A stretch of 64,000 nucleotides of DNA from assembly GCA_044223005.1 (NCBI GenBank), contig JBGAML010000001.1:464443-528442 (forward strand). Direction: 5' to 3'. This DNA is from Candidatus Eiseniibacteriota bacterium (GTDB lineage Bacteria > Eisenbacteria > RBG-16-71-46). Below are positions 10,049 to 19,571 of this stretch, in pieces. The notes under the pieces are model-generated. The model was not told where the DNA came from. It ran no database searches and saw only the letters and a program-made list of their open reading frames with translations. Each line of letters opens with the position of its first letter. The first letter of the stretch is position 1. Both the position numbers and the translations under genes were made by a program.

Positions 10049-11428
10049 TCAGCGCCCCGCCCAGCGGTCGAGCTTGCGATAGAGCGTTCGCAGTCCGATG
10101 CCCAGCATGGCGGCCGCCCGGGGCTTGTCGCCGCCGGTGTGCCGCAGGGTCTCCTCCACCAGCGCCCGCTCGGCCTCGTCCAGGGTCATGCCCACCGCGA
10201 TCGCCGGCCCGGGCGCCCCGGCGTCCGGCTCGCGCATCGGCGCCGGCAGCGCCGACACGTCGATCGGTCCGCGGCCGGGCGCGTGCAGCAGCAGCTGTTC
10301 GAGCGAGCGCTTGAGCTCGGCGACGTTGCCCGGCCACGCCTGCGCGACCAGCCGCTCCAGCGCGCCGCGCGTGATGCGCCGCGGCCGGCGGCCGTGCTCG
10401 CGCGCGAGGTCACGCAGCAGCCGCTCGACCAGCGCCGGCACGTCGGCGCGCCGTTCGCGCAGCGGCGGCAGCGCGATCCGCACCACGGCGAGCAGCCGGA
10501 ACAGGTCCTCGCGGAAGCGGCCCTCGCGTACCGCGGCGGCGAGCTCGCGCGCGGTGGTCGCGACCACGCGCACGTCGGCGCGGCGCGAACGCGCGCCGCC
10601 CACGCGTTCGTACGCGCGCTCCTGCAGCAGGCGCAGCAGCAGCACCTGCGCGCGCGCCGGCAGCTCGTCGACCGCGTCGAGCACCAGCGTGCCGCCGTCG
10701 GCGCGCTCGAGCCGGCCGCGCCGGACGACGGCGCCGTCGTCACCCTCGACGCCGCAGAGCTCGGCTTCGAAGAGCTCGGCGGGCAGCCCGCCGCAGTCGA
10801 GCCGAACGAACGGGCCGTCCGCGCGTGTGCTCGCCGCGTGCAGCGCGCGCGCGACCAGGCCCTTGCCCGTGCCGGGCTCGCCCTCGATCAGCACGGTCGC
10901 GCGCGTCGGCGCGACCTGCGCGACCTGCTCGCGGGCGCGGCGCACCGCGTACGAGTCCCCGGTGAGCGGCTCGAGCCGCTCGCGGCGGTCGAGCGCGTCC
11001 TCCATCGCGGTGACGCGGGCGGCGAGCGCCTGGTGCTCGAGCCCGCGCTCGAGCGCCGCCACGATGCGCGCCGGGCTCGCGGCGCGCGGCTGCACGTCCC
11101 ACGCGCCGGCACGCATCGCTTCGACGGCGAGCGCCATCTCGGGGCCGTCCGTCAGCATCACCGCGACGGCGTCGGGCCGCCGCGCGCGCGTCGCGGCGAG
11201 CACCGCGAAGCCGTCGATGCGGCTCTCGCGCAGCGCCGACACCAGCGCGTCCACGCGCTCGCGCCCGGCGACGCCGATGGCGCTCTCGCCGTCGTGCGCC
11301 CACGCGACGGCGAAGCCGCGCTCGCGCAGCGCCGCCACCAGGCCGCGCGCGGCGTCCGTCTCGCGCTCGGCGACCAGCACGACCGCGGACCCGCCCGGGT
11401 CCGCGCCGCGGGTGCGCGGGGCGCTCAG
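10049..11428 (-). CDS. NtrC-like sigma54-dependent regulator (REC-AAA+-Fis HTH), degenerate motifs
   Basis: GEPGTGK, FREDLF, WPGNVAEL, AAAMLGIGLRTLYRKL; start uncertain (CTG 11428 or GTG 11380). Confidence 0.85.
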   Translation of the reverse strand: MSAPRTRGADPGGSAVVLVAERETDAARGLVAALRERGFAVAWAHDGESAIGVAGRERVDALVSALRESRIDGFAVLAATRARRPDAVAVMLTDGPEMALAVEAMRAGAWDVQPRAASPARIVAALERGLEHQALAARVTAMEDALDRRERLEPLTGDSYAVRRAREQVAQVAPTRATVLIEGEPGTGKGLVARALHAASTRADGPFVRLDCGGLPAELFEAELCGVEGDDGAVVRRGRLERADGGTLVLDAVDELPARAQVLLLRLLQERAYERVGGARSRRADVRVVATTARELAAAVREGRFREDLFRLLAVVRIALPPLRERRADVPALVERLLRDLAREHGRRPRRITRGALERLVAQAWPGNVAELKRSLEQLLLHAPGRGPIDVSALPAPMREPDAGAPGPAIAVGMTLDEAERALVEETLRHTGGDKPRAAAMLGIGLRTLYRKLDRWAGR

Positions 11429-11901
11429 TCCCGGTCGAGCGCGGCGAGTGCCGCTTCGGGGTCCGGGATCGCGTCCATGCTGCCGCGATCCTCGCTGAGG
11501 TGCCGCCACCGGATGCGTCCCTGCTTGTCCACGAGGAACGACGCGCGCTGGCTGTAGTTCGATTCCGGGATCAGCACGCCGTAGGCCGTGCTCGCCTCGC
11601 GCTTCCAGTCCGAGAGCAGCGGGAAGCGCACGCCGAGCATGCGGGCGAAGGCGCCGGCCGACCAGTGGCTGTCGACGCTGACGCCGAGCACGACCGTCTC
11701 CGCCGCGTCGAACCGGTCCATCATCTTCTGCAGCTGCGGCAGCTGGTGCGAGCAGACGGGCGAGAACGCGAGCGGATAGAAGACGACGAGCACGTTCTTG
11801 TCGCCGAGGTACTCCGACAGGCTGTATTGCGTGCCGTCCCCTCCGCGCAGGCGGAAATCCGGCGCCAGCTGGCCGACTTCGGGGATGGTCAGGGTCTGCA
11901 T
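11425..11901 (-). CDS. peroxiredoxin (AhpC/TSA, AhpE-like)
   Basis: APDFRL..VVFYPLAFSPVC..GVSVDS..FPLLSD. Confidence 0.88.
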   Translation of the reverse strand: MQTLTIPEVGQLAPDFRLRGGDGTQYSLSEYLGDKNVLVVFYPLAFSPVCSHQLPQLQKMMDRFDAAETVVLGVSVDSHWSAGAFARMLGVRFPLLSDWKREASTAYGVLIPESNYSQRASFLVDKQGRIRWRHLSEDRGSMDAIPDPEAALAALDRD

Positions 11902-11992
11902 GAGTCGGTTCTCCCGTCGCGGCGCCCGGGGGCGCGATCTCGTTACTACCGTGGCTACGATTATCCGGCCCCGGCGCGCCCGGGGCAACGTC

Positions 11993-12589
11993 TCAGCGCC
12001 GGGCGGTGGCGCGCATCACGTCCTGGCTCACGGCCGCCAGTTCCGCCAGCGTTCGGATGCCCTTCTCGGTTTCCCACCGCGCGGCGAGCAGCACGAACAG
12101 CCGGGCCGTGGTACGGGTGTCGCCGAGCGCGCGATGCGCGGTCTCGGCCGGCAGCTGCAGCCGCTGCGCCAGCGCGCCGAGCGCATTGCTGCCGGTGCCG
12201 AAGAGCCCGCGCGCGAGCCCGAGCGTGTCGATGATGGGGTTCAGCAGCGGCGGCGCCCCGGCGTCGCGGAACAGCGCCACCAGGAACGGCAGGTCGAACG
12301 GCGCGTTATGGAACACGAGTGGCAGGTCCGCGCACGCGGTGCGCAGCGCGCGGCCGACGTCGGCGGCCGGCGGCGCGTCCTTCACCATCGCGTCGGTGAT
12401 GCCGTGCACGCGCGACGCGTCGGGCGGGATCGGCCGGCCCGGCTGCAGCAGCGACGACCACTCCTCGCCGAGCCCGCCGTTCACCACCGCGACGCGCGCC
12501 ACCTCGACGAGCCGGTGCCCGTCCGTCGGGCTCATGCCGGTCGTCTCGGTGTCGACCGCGAGCGCGGTGATCCCCGCGAGCAGTGCCAT
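11993..12589 (-). CDS. DEDDh 3'-5' exonuclease (DnaQ/PolC-like)
   Basis: VDTETTG, HNAPFD, HRALGD. Confidence 0.9.
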   Translation of the reverse strand: MALLAGITALAVDTETTGMSPTDGHRLVEVARVAVVNGGLGEEWSSLLQPGRPIPPDASRVHGITDAMVKDAPPAADVGRALRTACADLPLVFHNAPFDLPFLVALFRDAGAPPLLNPIIDTLGLARGLFGTGSNALGALAQRLQLPAETAHRALGDTRTTARLFVLLAARWETEKGIRTLAELAAVSQDVMRATARR

Positions 12590-12592
12590 CGC

Positions 12593-13087
12593 TCAGCGCG
12601 CTCCCTTCGCCTGCTGCAGGTACTGCTCCCACGGCTCCTGTCGCGCCATGTGGCCGTCGCCGATGTAGCGCAGCAGGAGCAGGAACCGCTCGGGCTCGAT
12701 GTAGCCCGGCACGTTCACGAGCCGCTCGCCGGTCGGCGAGAGAAAGACGGTGGTCGGGTAGCCGTCGACGCCGAACGTCGAGGCGAGCGTGCGCCCCGTG
12801 TACGCGCGGCCCAGCCACGACGCGGGCTCGCCGCCCTCGGCGTTGAGGCGCACGGTGACGAAGTGCTCGCGCAGGTACGCGTCCACGTCCGCGCGGCGAT
12901 ACACCTCGGCGTCCATCTTCTTGCACCACCGGCACCAGTCCGTATAGACGTCGACCAGCACCGGGCGGCCGCTCGTCTTCGCCGCCTGCAGGCCGGCGTT
13001 CCAGGCCTGCCAGTTCGCGGCCGCGGCCGGCTGTGCCAGCGCGGCGGCGAGCAGCAGGGCGAGCGTCGTCGGGATCAGCGATCGCAT
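12593..13087 (-). CDS. exported thioredoxin-fold protein (SoxW-like)
   Basis: Signal peptide, DVYTDWCRWCKKM, GYPTTVFL. Confidence 0.85.
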   Translation of the reverse strand: MRSLIPTTLALLLAAALAQPAAAANWQAWNAGLQAAKTSGRPVLVDVYTDWCRWCKKMDAEVYRRADVDAYLREHFVTVRLNAEGGEPASWLGRAYTGRTLASTFGVDGYPTTVFLSPTGERLVNVPGYIEPERFLLLLRYIGDGHMARQEPWEQYLQQAKGAR

Positions 13088-13202
13088 GGGTTCCTCTCGA
13101 GTGTGGGGAGCTCGGCGTCCGTCACCCAGTGAGTGCCCGCAAAGGCTAGAAGGTTTCGGCCGCCCGCGCACGCCGGGGATGGTGGCAACTGTCCGGCGAG
13201 CG

Positions 13203-14039
13203 TCAAGCGTGCGCCGTGTGGCGCAGGGATTCGGCGATCCGGGCGGGGTCGAACCACACGCCGCACAGCTTCGGGGAACCGAACTGGCCCGGGTTCACCA
13301 CCACGGTCCGGCCGACGGCGTCCCGCCATGCTCCGGACACGCGCGGCGATTCGTGGATGTGACCGCTCAGCACCAGCGGTGGCTGGTGGCGCTCCACGAA
13401 CGCGCGAATGGCGCGCGAGCCGACGTGGTGCCCGCCAGCCATGACGTCGCACTTCGTGCCGCGGGGCGGCGAGTGCAGCACGAACAGCGTGTCGGCGGGC
13501 GCCGTGCGGCCGGCGAGCGACTCGAGCGCGGCCGCGATCGTCGGCGTGCGGTCGGCGGCGTCGAACGCGAACTCCCGCGGCCCCTCCGGGCCGCTCACCC
13601 AGCCCTGCAGGCGCATCGGCGATTCGTCCTCGCCGTCCTCCCAGCGCTCCCAGTCCTTGAGCGCAAACGGCGTGATCGGCACCCACGACAGCCCCGCGAC
13701 GCGCACGCCGTCCACCTCGACGACGCGGTCGTGCAGCACGTGCCACAGCCCGCCGTCGTTCTGGTCGAGCACGTCGTGGTTCGCGCGCCAGTCGTCGTTG
13801 CCCATCAGCAGGAGCAGCCGCGTCGCGGGCGAGACCTCGCGCAGGCGACGCGCGAACTCCACCAGGAGCCCCTCGAGGAACAGCCGCTGGCGGCGCGGCC
13901 CGGCGTCCCCGGCCGCGTGCGGGCCGAGGTCGCCGCCCACGATCAGTGCGGGCGGCCGGCCGGTCGCGGCGAGCGCCAGCGCCTGCTCGTAGAAGTCGGC
14001 CTGCCCGTGCAGGTCGGATGTGAAGAGCCAGTCGGCCAC
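13203..14039 (-). CDS. metallophosphoesterase
   Basis: SDLHG, GGDL, GNDD, HSPP, SGHIHE. Confidence 0.87.
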   Translation of the reverse strand: MADWLFTSDLHGQADFYEQALALAATGRPPALIVGGDLGPHAAGDAGPRRQRLFLEGLLVEFARRLREVSPATRLLLLMGNDDWRANHDVLDQNDGGLWHVLHDRVVEVDGVRVAGLSWVPITPFALKDWERWEDGEDESPMRLQGWVSGPEGPREFAFDAADRTPTIAAALESLAGRTAPADTLFVLHSPPRGTKCDVMAGGHHVGSRAIRAFVERHQPPLVLSGHIHESPRVSGAWRDAVGRTVVVNPGQFGSPKLCGVWFDPARIAESLRHTAHA

Positions 14040-14206
14040 GCGCGTCTCTCCGGGTGATTCGAGAAAGCGTAGCGAGCGGGCCGCGTGGCGTCCACCACGA
14101 CAGAAAGAGCTTGCTCGCGCGCGCGGGGCTCCGGATACTTTCCGGTCCGCCCGACCGCCGCGCGGACGCTGGTCATCTCCCTGTGAACTCCTCCCGAGCC
14201 CAATCC

Positions 14207-15433
14207 ATGATCCCGACCCGGTTCGTCCGCGCCCTCGTGGCGCTCGCGTTCGTCGCGCTTCCCGCCCTCGTCCACGCGGCGCCCGTCGCGCCCGCGGCGA
14301 AGAACCTGCTCGCGAATCCCGGCTTCGAAAAGGGGCTCGCGGGCCACGAGTGGATGCCCGCCGGCTGGGACACCTCGGACGCGGGCGTCTCGACGGTCTT
14401 CTTCGGGCGCGACACGCTGCTCGCGCACAGCGGCCACTACGGCGTGAACATCGCCAACACCAGCACCACGTACGCGATGGGCCACAACTGGTCGCAGTCG
14501 CTGCTGGTCGGGCGCGAGGCGTGGAACAAGACCGCGACGTTCACCGTGTGGACGCGCAGCGTCGGCCAGGACGGGCGCGCGTACCTCCTGCTGCAGGCGT
14601 ACCGAGACACCATCTCGAAGATGTCGCGCATCTGGGCCGTCGATCGCGAAGAGGCGGCGCGGCGCCTCGGCATCGCGGCGGTCAACGATCCGCTCGCCGA
14701 ACTGGGCTGGGATCGCGAACAGTGGATGGACAACCCGGACGGCTGGGTCAAGCGCGAGGCGAAGATCTTCGTACCGCCGAGCACCAACATGATCTTCGTG
14801 CGCGGCGGCCTCATGGGCACGGGCCAGGTCGCGTTCGACGACGCGTCGCTCACGCTGTCGCCGGCCATGCCGCCGGCACCGGCGCCGGCGAACCAGAACG
14901 TGCTCGTGGATCCGAGCTTCGAGGAGCGCGGGCTCGCGTGGGAGTGGGCGATCCCGCCGTTCCCCGGCACCGAGGTGGTGTGGGACTCGACCGTCGCGCA
15001 CACGGGCCGCGGCAGCATGCGCGTCTCGGACCGCGGGCAGAGCCCCGTCGCGACGCGCGCGGGCGTGGCGCAGGTCATCCCCGGCTCGCGCATTCGCGGC
15101 AAGCACGTGAAGCTCTCGGGCTGGTTCAAGGGCGACAGCATCGCGGCCGAGTGCTACGTGAAGCTCTACTTCCAGACGCCCGGCGGCGTCATCCAGACGG
15201 CCGGTTCGCACTCCTACAGCGGCACGTTCGACTGGACGCAGACGGCGATCGACGCCGACGCCCCGCCGGACACCGAGGAAGCGTGGGCGTGGATGATGTT
15301 CAGCGTGCCCGCGACCGGACGCGTGTGGATGGACGACGCGACGCTGGTCGTGACCGGGTCCGCGACGTCGGCGGCCGCGAAGCCGGCGGCGCCGAAGCGC
15401 AGCACCACGAAACCCGCATCCGGGCGTCGTTGA
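14207..15433 (+). CDS. secreted protein with two carbohydrate-binding-module-like domains
   Basis: Signal peptide; repeated NLLANPGFE / NVLVDPSFE starts and GQVAFDDASL / GRVWMDDATL ends. Confidence 0.65.
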   Translation: MIPTRFVRALVALAFVALPALVHAAPVAPAAKNLLANPGFEKGLAGHEWMPAGWDTSDAGVSTVFFGRDTLLAHSGHYGVNIANTSTTYAMGHNWSQSLLVGREAWNKTATFTVWTRSVGQDGRAYLLLQAYRDTISKMSRIWAVDREEAARRLGIAAVNDPLAELGWDREQWMDNPDGWVKREAKIFVPPSTNMIFVRGGLMGTGQVAFDDASLTLSPAMPPAPAPANQNVLVDPSFEERGLAWEWAIPPFPGTEVVWDSTVAHTGRGSMRVSDRGQSPVATRAGVAQVIPGSRIRGKHVKLSGWFKGDSIAAECYVKLYFQTPGGVIQTAGSHSYSGTFDWTQTAIDADAPPDTEEAWAWMMFSVPATGRVWMDDATLVVTGSATSAAAKPAAPKRSTTKPASGRR

Positions 15434-15452
15434 ACGCTTTCGCGAACGGGGC

Positions 15453-15481
15453 TTGACGCTCGCATCGCGCCCGCACAGACT
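15453..15481 (+). promoter_or_regulatory. putative sigma70 promoter for the ncRNA
   Basis: TTGACG-17 nt-CAGACT. Confidence 0.5.
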
Positions 15482-15494
15482 CTGCTCTGCAGCT

Positions 15495-15703
15495 GGGCAG
15501 GGAAGCCTCCTTGGCAGGGAGTTCCCGAACCCGAGCCGAAGCGCCGTTCGCTGCACGGCGCTTTCTCCGTTCCCGAATCCGGTGATCACGAGCGAGGTGG
15601 CGCCGGAGGAGAATTCGGAGACCCGCGGTGAGGAAGCTGCAGCGCGAACGGTGCACTCGCCCGAAGTGACGCACGCCGGTCGCGCGGAAGGGGCCCCCCC
15701 TCT
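15495..15703 (+). ncRNA. ssrS: probable 6S RNA
   Basis: About 200-nt rod: 15541-15555 pairs with 15638-15654, 15578-15589 with 15597-15607, ends pair loosely; GAGCCGA next to the central bubble as in E. coli 6S; own promoter; intergenic. Confidence 0.6.
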
Positions 15704-15775
15704 TCTTGGTTTCGCGCCGTCGGTCGCTCCGCGGACCGACGGACGCAGCCCTCTCCCCGAGGGCCCCGCGTATTC

Positions 15776-16675
15776 TCAGCCGCGCGCGCCGAACACGGCG
15801 CGACACGTGGCGACGTGGATGCGCACCGTGTCCTCGACCCGCCGCGCGTAGCCGCCGCCGAGCGTCGAGACCAGCGGAATCCCGCGTTCGGCGCAGCCCC
15901 GGGCCACCATGCGGTCGCGCTGCTCGAGCCCCGCGAACGTGAGCGCGAGCCCGCCGAGCTGGTCGTCGGCGTACGGATCAGCGCCGGCCTGGTAGAGCAC
16001 CAATTGCGGGGCGTGCGCCCACACGCGCTCGAGCGCGGCGGCGAGCGCGGCGAGGTACTCGGTGTCGCCGGTGCCGTCGTCCAGCCCCACGTCCAGGTCG
16101 CTGCGCGCCTTGGGCACCGGGTAGTTGCGCTCCTGGTGGAGCGAGAGCGTGAACACGCGCGAGTCCGCCGCGAAGATCGCCGCCGTGCCGTTGCCCTGGT
16201 GGACGTCGAGGTCCACCACGGCGGCGCGCTCGATCGCGCCCTCGGCCTGCAGCGCGCGCACCGCCACGGCGAGATCGTTCAGGTAGCAGAAGCCCTCGGC
16301 GTGACCGGCATGCGCGTGGTGCAGCCCGCCACCCACGTGCGCCGCCACCCCGCGCTCGAGCGCCGCGCGCGCCGCGAGCAGCGTTCCGGCGGCGCCGAGC
16401 CCGAACGCGGCGACGATGTCCGCGGTGAGCGGCAGCTCGGAGCGCTCCGTGCGCCACGTCCAGCGCAGCGCGTCGAGGTCGTCGAGGTACTCGGCCTCGT
16501 GCGCGCTCGCGAGCGTCGCGCGGTCGCACGGCGCGGGCGCGAGCGTCTCGCCCGGCGCCACGTCGCCGGCTGCGAGCAGCGCCTCGTGCACGAGCGCGTA
16601 CTTGCGCACGGGGAACACGTGCGCGCCGATGTCGCAGGCGTAGCCGGCGGACCAGACGACCGCGGGGCGGTTCAT
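15776..16675 (-). CDS. histone deacetylase family protein
   Basis: GGGLHHA..GFC, DLDVHQGNGT, GADP..DQLG, GGGY. Confidence 0.93.
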   Translation of the reverse strand: MNRPAVVWSAGYACDIGAHVFPVRKYALVHEALLAAGDVAPGETLAPAPCDRATLASAHEAEYLDDLDALRWTWRTERSELPLTADIVAAFGLGAAGTLLAARAALERGVAAHVGGGLHHAHAGHAEGFCYLNDLAVAVRALQAEGAIERAAVVDLDVHQGNGTAAIFAADSRVFTLSLHQERNYPVPKARSDLDVGLDDGTGDTEYLAALAAALERVWAHAPQLVLYQAGADPYADDQLGGLALTFAGLEQRDRMVARGCAERGIPLVSTLGGGYARRVEDTVRIHVATCRAVFGARG

Positions 16676-16723
16676 GCGCCGCAGCCTGCCACCGCGGTGG
16701 CGGCGGCCGCAACGGCGGCTCGG

Positions 16724-17398
16724 TCAGGCGCGGCGCGCGCGCCGGCGCGGCGCCCGGGCCGGCGACTCGAACTCGCGCGCCAGCCCCACGATCGCTCGCC
16801 GAGTCGCGTCCGGCTTCGGTGCCGCGATCGTCCGGCGCCCGAGCGAGGCGCGCACCGAGACCATCCCCGACACGGCCCCGAAGATCGTCGCCGCCAGTTC
16901 CCGGTCGGCCTCCGTCCGCGCGCCCCGGCCGCTCGCGCGCGCCAGCACGCCGGCGAGGCGGACGACGTGGTCGGCGAGCACGCGGCGCAGCCGGGGCAGC
17001 TGGTCGCCACGGAACTTGAGCAGGCCGCGCACCTGGTGGAAGACGCGCATGAGGTCGGGGCTCTCGCGAAAGAACTCGAGGTGCGCTGCGGTGACGGCGT
17101 CGACGCCGGCCTCGCGCGAGCGCGCACCGGCCGCGGCGGCTTCGACGCGCGCGAACAGGGCGTCGAACCCTTCGGTGACGACGGCTTCGATGAGCGCCTC
17201 CTTGCTCGCGAAGTAGCCGTAGAGCGTACCCTTGGCGATTCCGGCTCCGCGCGAGAGGTCCTCGATGCGGGACTCGTAGAGCCCCTTCTCGGCGAAGAGC
17301 GTCCGCCCGGCTGCGAGCAGCTCGCGCCGGGTGAGCGACTTCTTCAACTCCCGCCGGCCATGGACGGCCGCCGGCGGACGGGATTTCTGCGAGGCCAT
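16724..17398 (-). CDS. TetR/AcrR transcriptional regulator
   Basis: LFAEKGLYESRIEDLSRGAGIAKGTLYGYFASKEAL. Confidence 0.9.
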   Translation of the reverse strand: MASQKSRPPAAVHGRRELKKSLTRRELLAAGRTLFAEKGLYESRIEDLSRGAGIAKGTLYGYFASKEALIEAVVTEGFDALFARVEAAAAGARSREAGVDAVTAAHLEFFRESPDLMRVFHQVRGLLKFRGDQLPRLRRVLADHVVRLAGVLARASGRGARTEADRELAATIFGAVSGMVSVRASLGRRTIAAPKPDATRRAIVGLAREFESPARAPRRRARRA

Positions 17399-17501
17399 GG
17401 GTCCTCCGAGGAGACGTGCGTCGGCGCGCAAGCGAAAGGTAGGAGGCGCACGCACGGCGGTCAACGCCCGCCGCAGGGCGCCGCGCCGGACCGGGTCCAT
17501 G

Positions 17502-17525
17502 AAAGTTGACCCACTGGTCAACTTT
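17502..17525. promoter_or_regulatory. candidate TetR operator
   Basis: Perfect inverted repeat AAAGTTGACC-CACT-GGTCAACTTT between divergent tetR and clc. Confidence 0.7.
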
Positions 17526-17696
17526 GTTTATCGTTCTCGACGCCGCGCGGCCGGTTCCGGTCCGGTGGGCGTGCCCAGCTCCTCCCCGCTCGCCTCCGTA
17601 CCGCGGCCGCCGGAGACGAGAACCGTCGTGAGCCCGGCCGGGTGGGGCCGGCCGGGCCTCGCGGCGCAACGGGCGCGGCACCGCCCCGGGAGAGCC

Positions 17697-19535
17697 ATGT
17701 CCCCGCTACGGCACATCCGCCGCGAAGCCGAGAAGCTCGAACTCCAGTCCGTCGGCCGGACGCTCGCCCTGTGCTCGCTCGTCGGTCTCGTGGCGGGGCT
17801 CGGCGCGATCGTCTTCCAGTACCTGTGCCAGTGGACGTCGCACGTGGCGCTGGACGCCCTCGCGGGCCTGCGCATGGAGGGGCCCGCGGGCGAGCGGGCG
17901 CTCTTCGCCGCCACCACGGCGCCGTTCCGCCCGTGGGCGCTGCCCCTGGTGGTCGCCGCCGGCGGCCTGCTGACCGGCGTGCTCGTGCAGCGGTTCGCGC
18001 CCGAGGCGGCCGGGCACGGCACCGACGCGGCCATCGACGCGTTCCATCGCCGGGGCGGGGTGATCCGAGGCCGCGTCCCGATCGTGAAGACGCTCGCCTC
18101 GGCGATCACGCTCGGCTCCGGTGGTTCCGGCGGTCGCGAAGGACCGATCGCGCAGATCGGCGCCGGCTTCGGCTCGTTCCTCGCCACGAGGCTCGGGCTC
18201 GGCGAGCGCGAGCGCCGCATCCTGCTCGCGGCCGGAGTGGGCGCCGGTGTCGGCAGCATCTTCCGCGCGCCGCTCGCGGGCGCGCTGTTCGCCGCGGAGG
18301 TGCTTTACTCCGATCCGGAGTTCGAGCCCGACGCGATCATCCCCGCGGCGATCGCGACGATCGTCGCGTACTGCGTGTTCTCGCTGCGCTTCGGCTTCGG
18401 GGCACTCTTCGACACCCCGCGCTTCACGTTCCACTCCGCCGCGGAGCTGCTCCCCTACACCGTGCTCGCGGTGGTCGTCGCGCTCGCCGCAGGCATGTTC
18501 GTGAAGGTGTTCTACGGCCTCCACGCGCTCTTCGACCGCCTGCCGGTGCCGAAGTGGGTGCGCCCGGCCATCGGCGGCCTGCTGGCGGGGCTCGTGGGGC
18601 TACTGGTGCTCGCGATCACCGGCGAGTCGCGTTCGCTGGATGTCCTCTCGTTCGGCTACGGCACCGTGCAGCACGCGCTGCACGCCGAGCTGCCACTGAC
18701 GCTGCTGCTCGTGATCGCGTTCGGCAAGATGCTGACGACGGGCCTCTCGATCGGCTCCGGCGGCTCGGGCGGCGTCTTCGGCCCGTCCATGGTGGTCGGT
18801 GGCGCGCTCGGCGGCGCGGTGGGCCTGCTCGCACGGCAGTGGCTGCCGGGCGTGGTCACGCAGCCCGGCGCGTACGTGGCGGTGGGCATGGCGGGCTTCT
18901 TCGCGGCGGCGGCGAACACGCCGATCTCGACGCTCGTGATGGTCTCGGAGATGACCGGCAACTACGAGCTGCTCCTGCCCTCGCTGTGGGTCTGCTCGAT
19001 CGCCTTCCTGCTCGCGCGGCGCTGGTCGCTCTACCGCAACCAGGTGCGCAGCCGGCTCGATTCGCCGGCGCATCGCGGGGCGATCTTCGGCGGCCTGCTC
19101 CGGTCGCTGCGCGTGCGCGACGCGATCGACGGGCGGCCCGTGCACGCCCTGCGCGACACCACGCCGCTGCCGGACGTCATCCAGGCGTGCATGCACTCCT
19201 CGCAGCACATCTTCCCCGTGGTCGACGCCGACGGCCTGCTCTGCGGCGTGATCCGCCTCGCCCAGGTGCGACAGTTCCTCGACGAGCACGCCGCGGACAC
19301 GGTCGTGATCGCCGACGACCTCGCCGTCCGCCCGCGGGCGTTCCTCGCGCCCGAAGACGATCTCGAGCAGGCCCTGCAGCGGCTGATGCGGGTCGACGTC
19401 GAGGACCTGCTCGTCGTCGACCCGGCCGAGCCCCGGCGTGCGCTCGGCGTCCTGTCGCGCCGCGACATCGTCGCGGCCTACGCCCGCGGCCGCCTGCACG
19501 AGCCGCCGCCTCCCGGCGCCCCGACCGGTCCGTGA
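17697..19535 (+). CDS. ClC chloride channel/H+ antiporter with CBS pair
   Basis: GHGTD, GSGGREGP, GGVFGP, C-terminal CBS domains. Confidence 0.92.
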   Translation: MSPLRHIRREAEKLELQSVGRTLALCSLVGLVAGLGAIVFQYLCQWTSHVALDALAGLRMEGPAGERALFAATTAPFRPWALPLVVAAGGLLTGVLVQRFAPEAAGHGTDAAIDAFHRRGGVIRGRVPIVKTLASAITLGSGGSGGREGPIAQIGAGFGSFLATRLGLGERERRILLAAGVGAGVGSIFRAPLAGALFAAEVLYSDPEFEPDAIIPAAIATIVAYCVFSLRFGFGALFDTPRFTFHSAAELLPYTVLAVVVALAAGMFVKVFYGLHALFDRLPVPKWVRPAIGGLLAGLVGLLVLAITGESRSLDVLSFGYGTVQHALHAELPLTLLLVIAFGKMLTTGLSIGSGGSGGVFGPSMVVGGALGGAVGLLARQWLPGVVTQPGAYVAVGMAGFFAAAANTPISTLVMVSEMTGNYELLLPSLWVCSIAFLLARRWSLYRNQVRSRLDSPAHRGAIFGGLLRSLRVRDAIDGRPVHALRDTTPLPDVIQACMHSSQHIFPVVDADGLLCGVIRLAQVRQFLDEHAADTVVIADDLAVRPRAFLAPEDDLEQALQRLMRVDVEDLLVVDPAEPRRALGVLSRRDIVAAYARGRLHEPPPPGAPTGP

Positions 19536-19571
19536 CGCGCGCGGGCGTGCGGCCTACACTGCCCGCGCGCC

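Noticed and set aside
11425..13087. Selenocysteine recoding in the peroxiredoxin or thioredoxin
   Set aside because: Both active sites use ordinary Cys codons in uninterrupted frames
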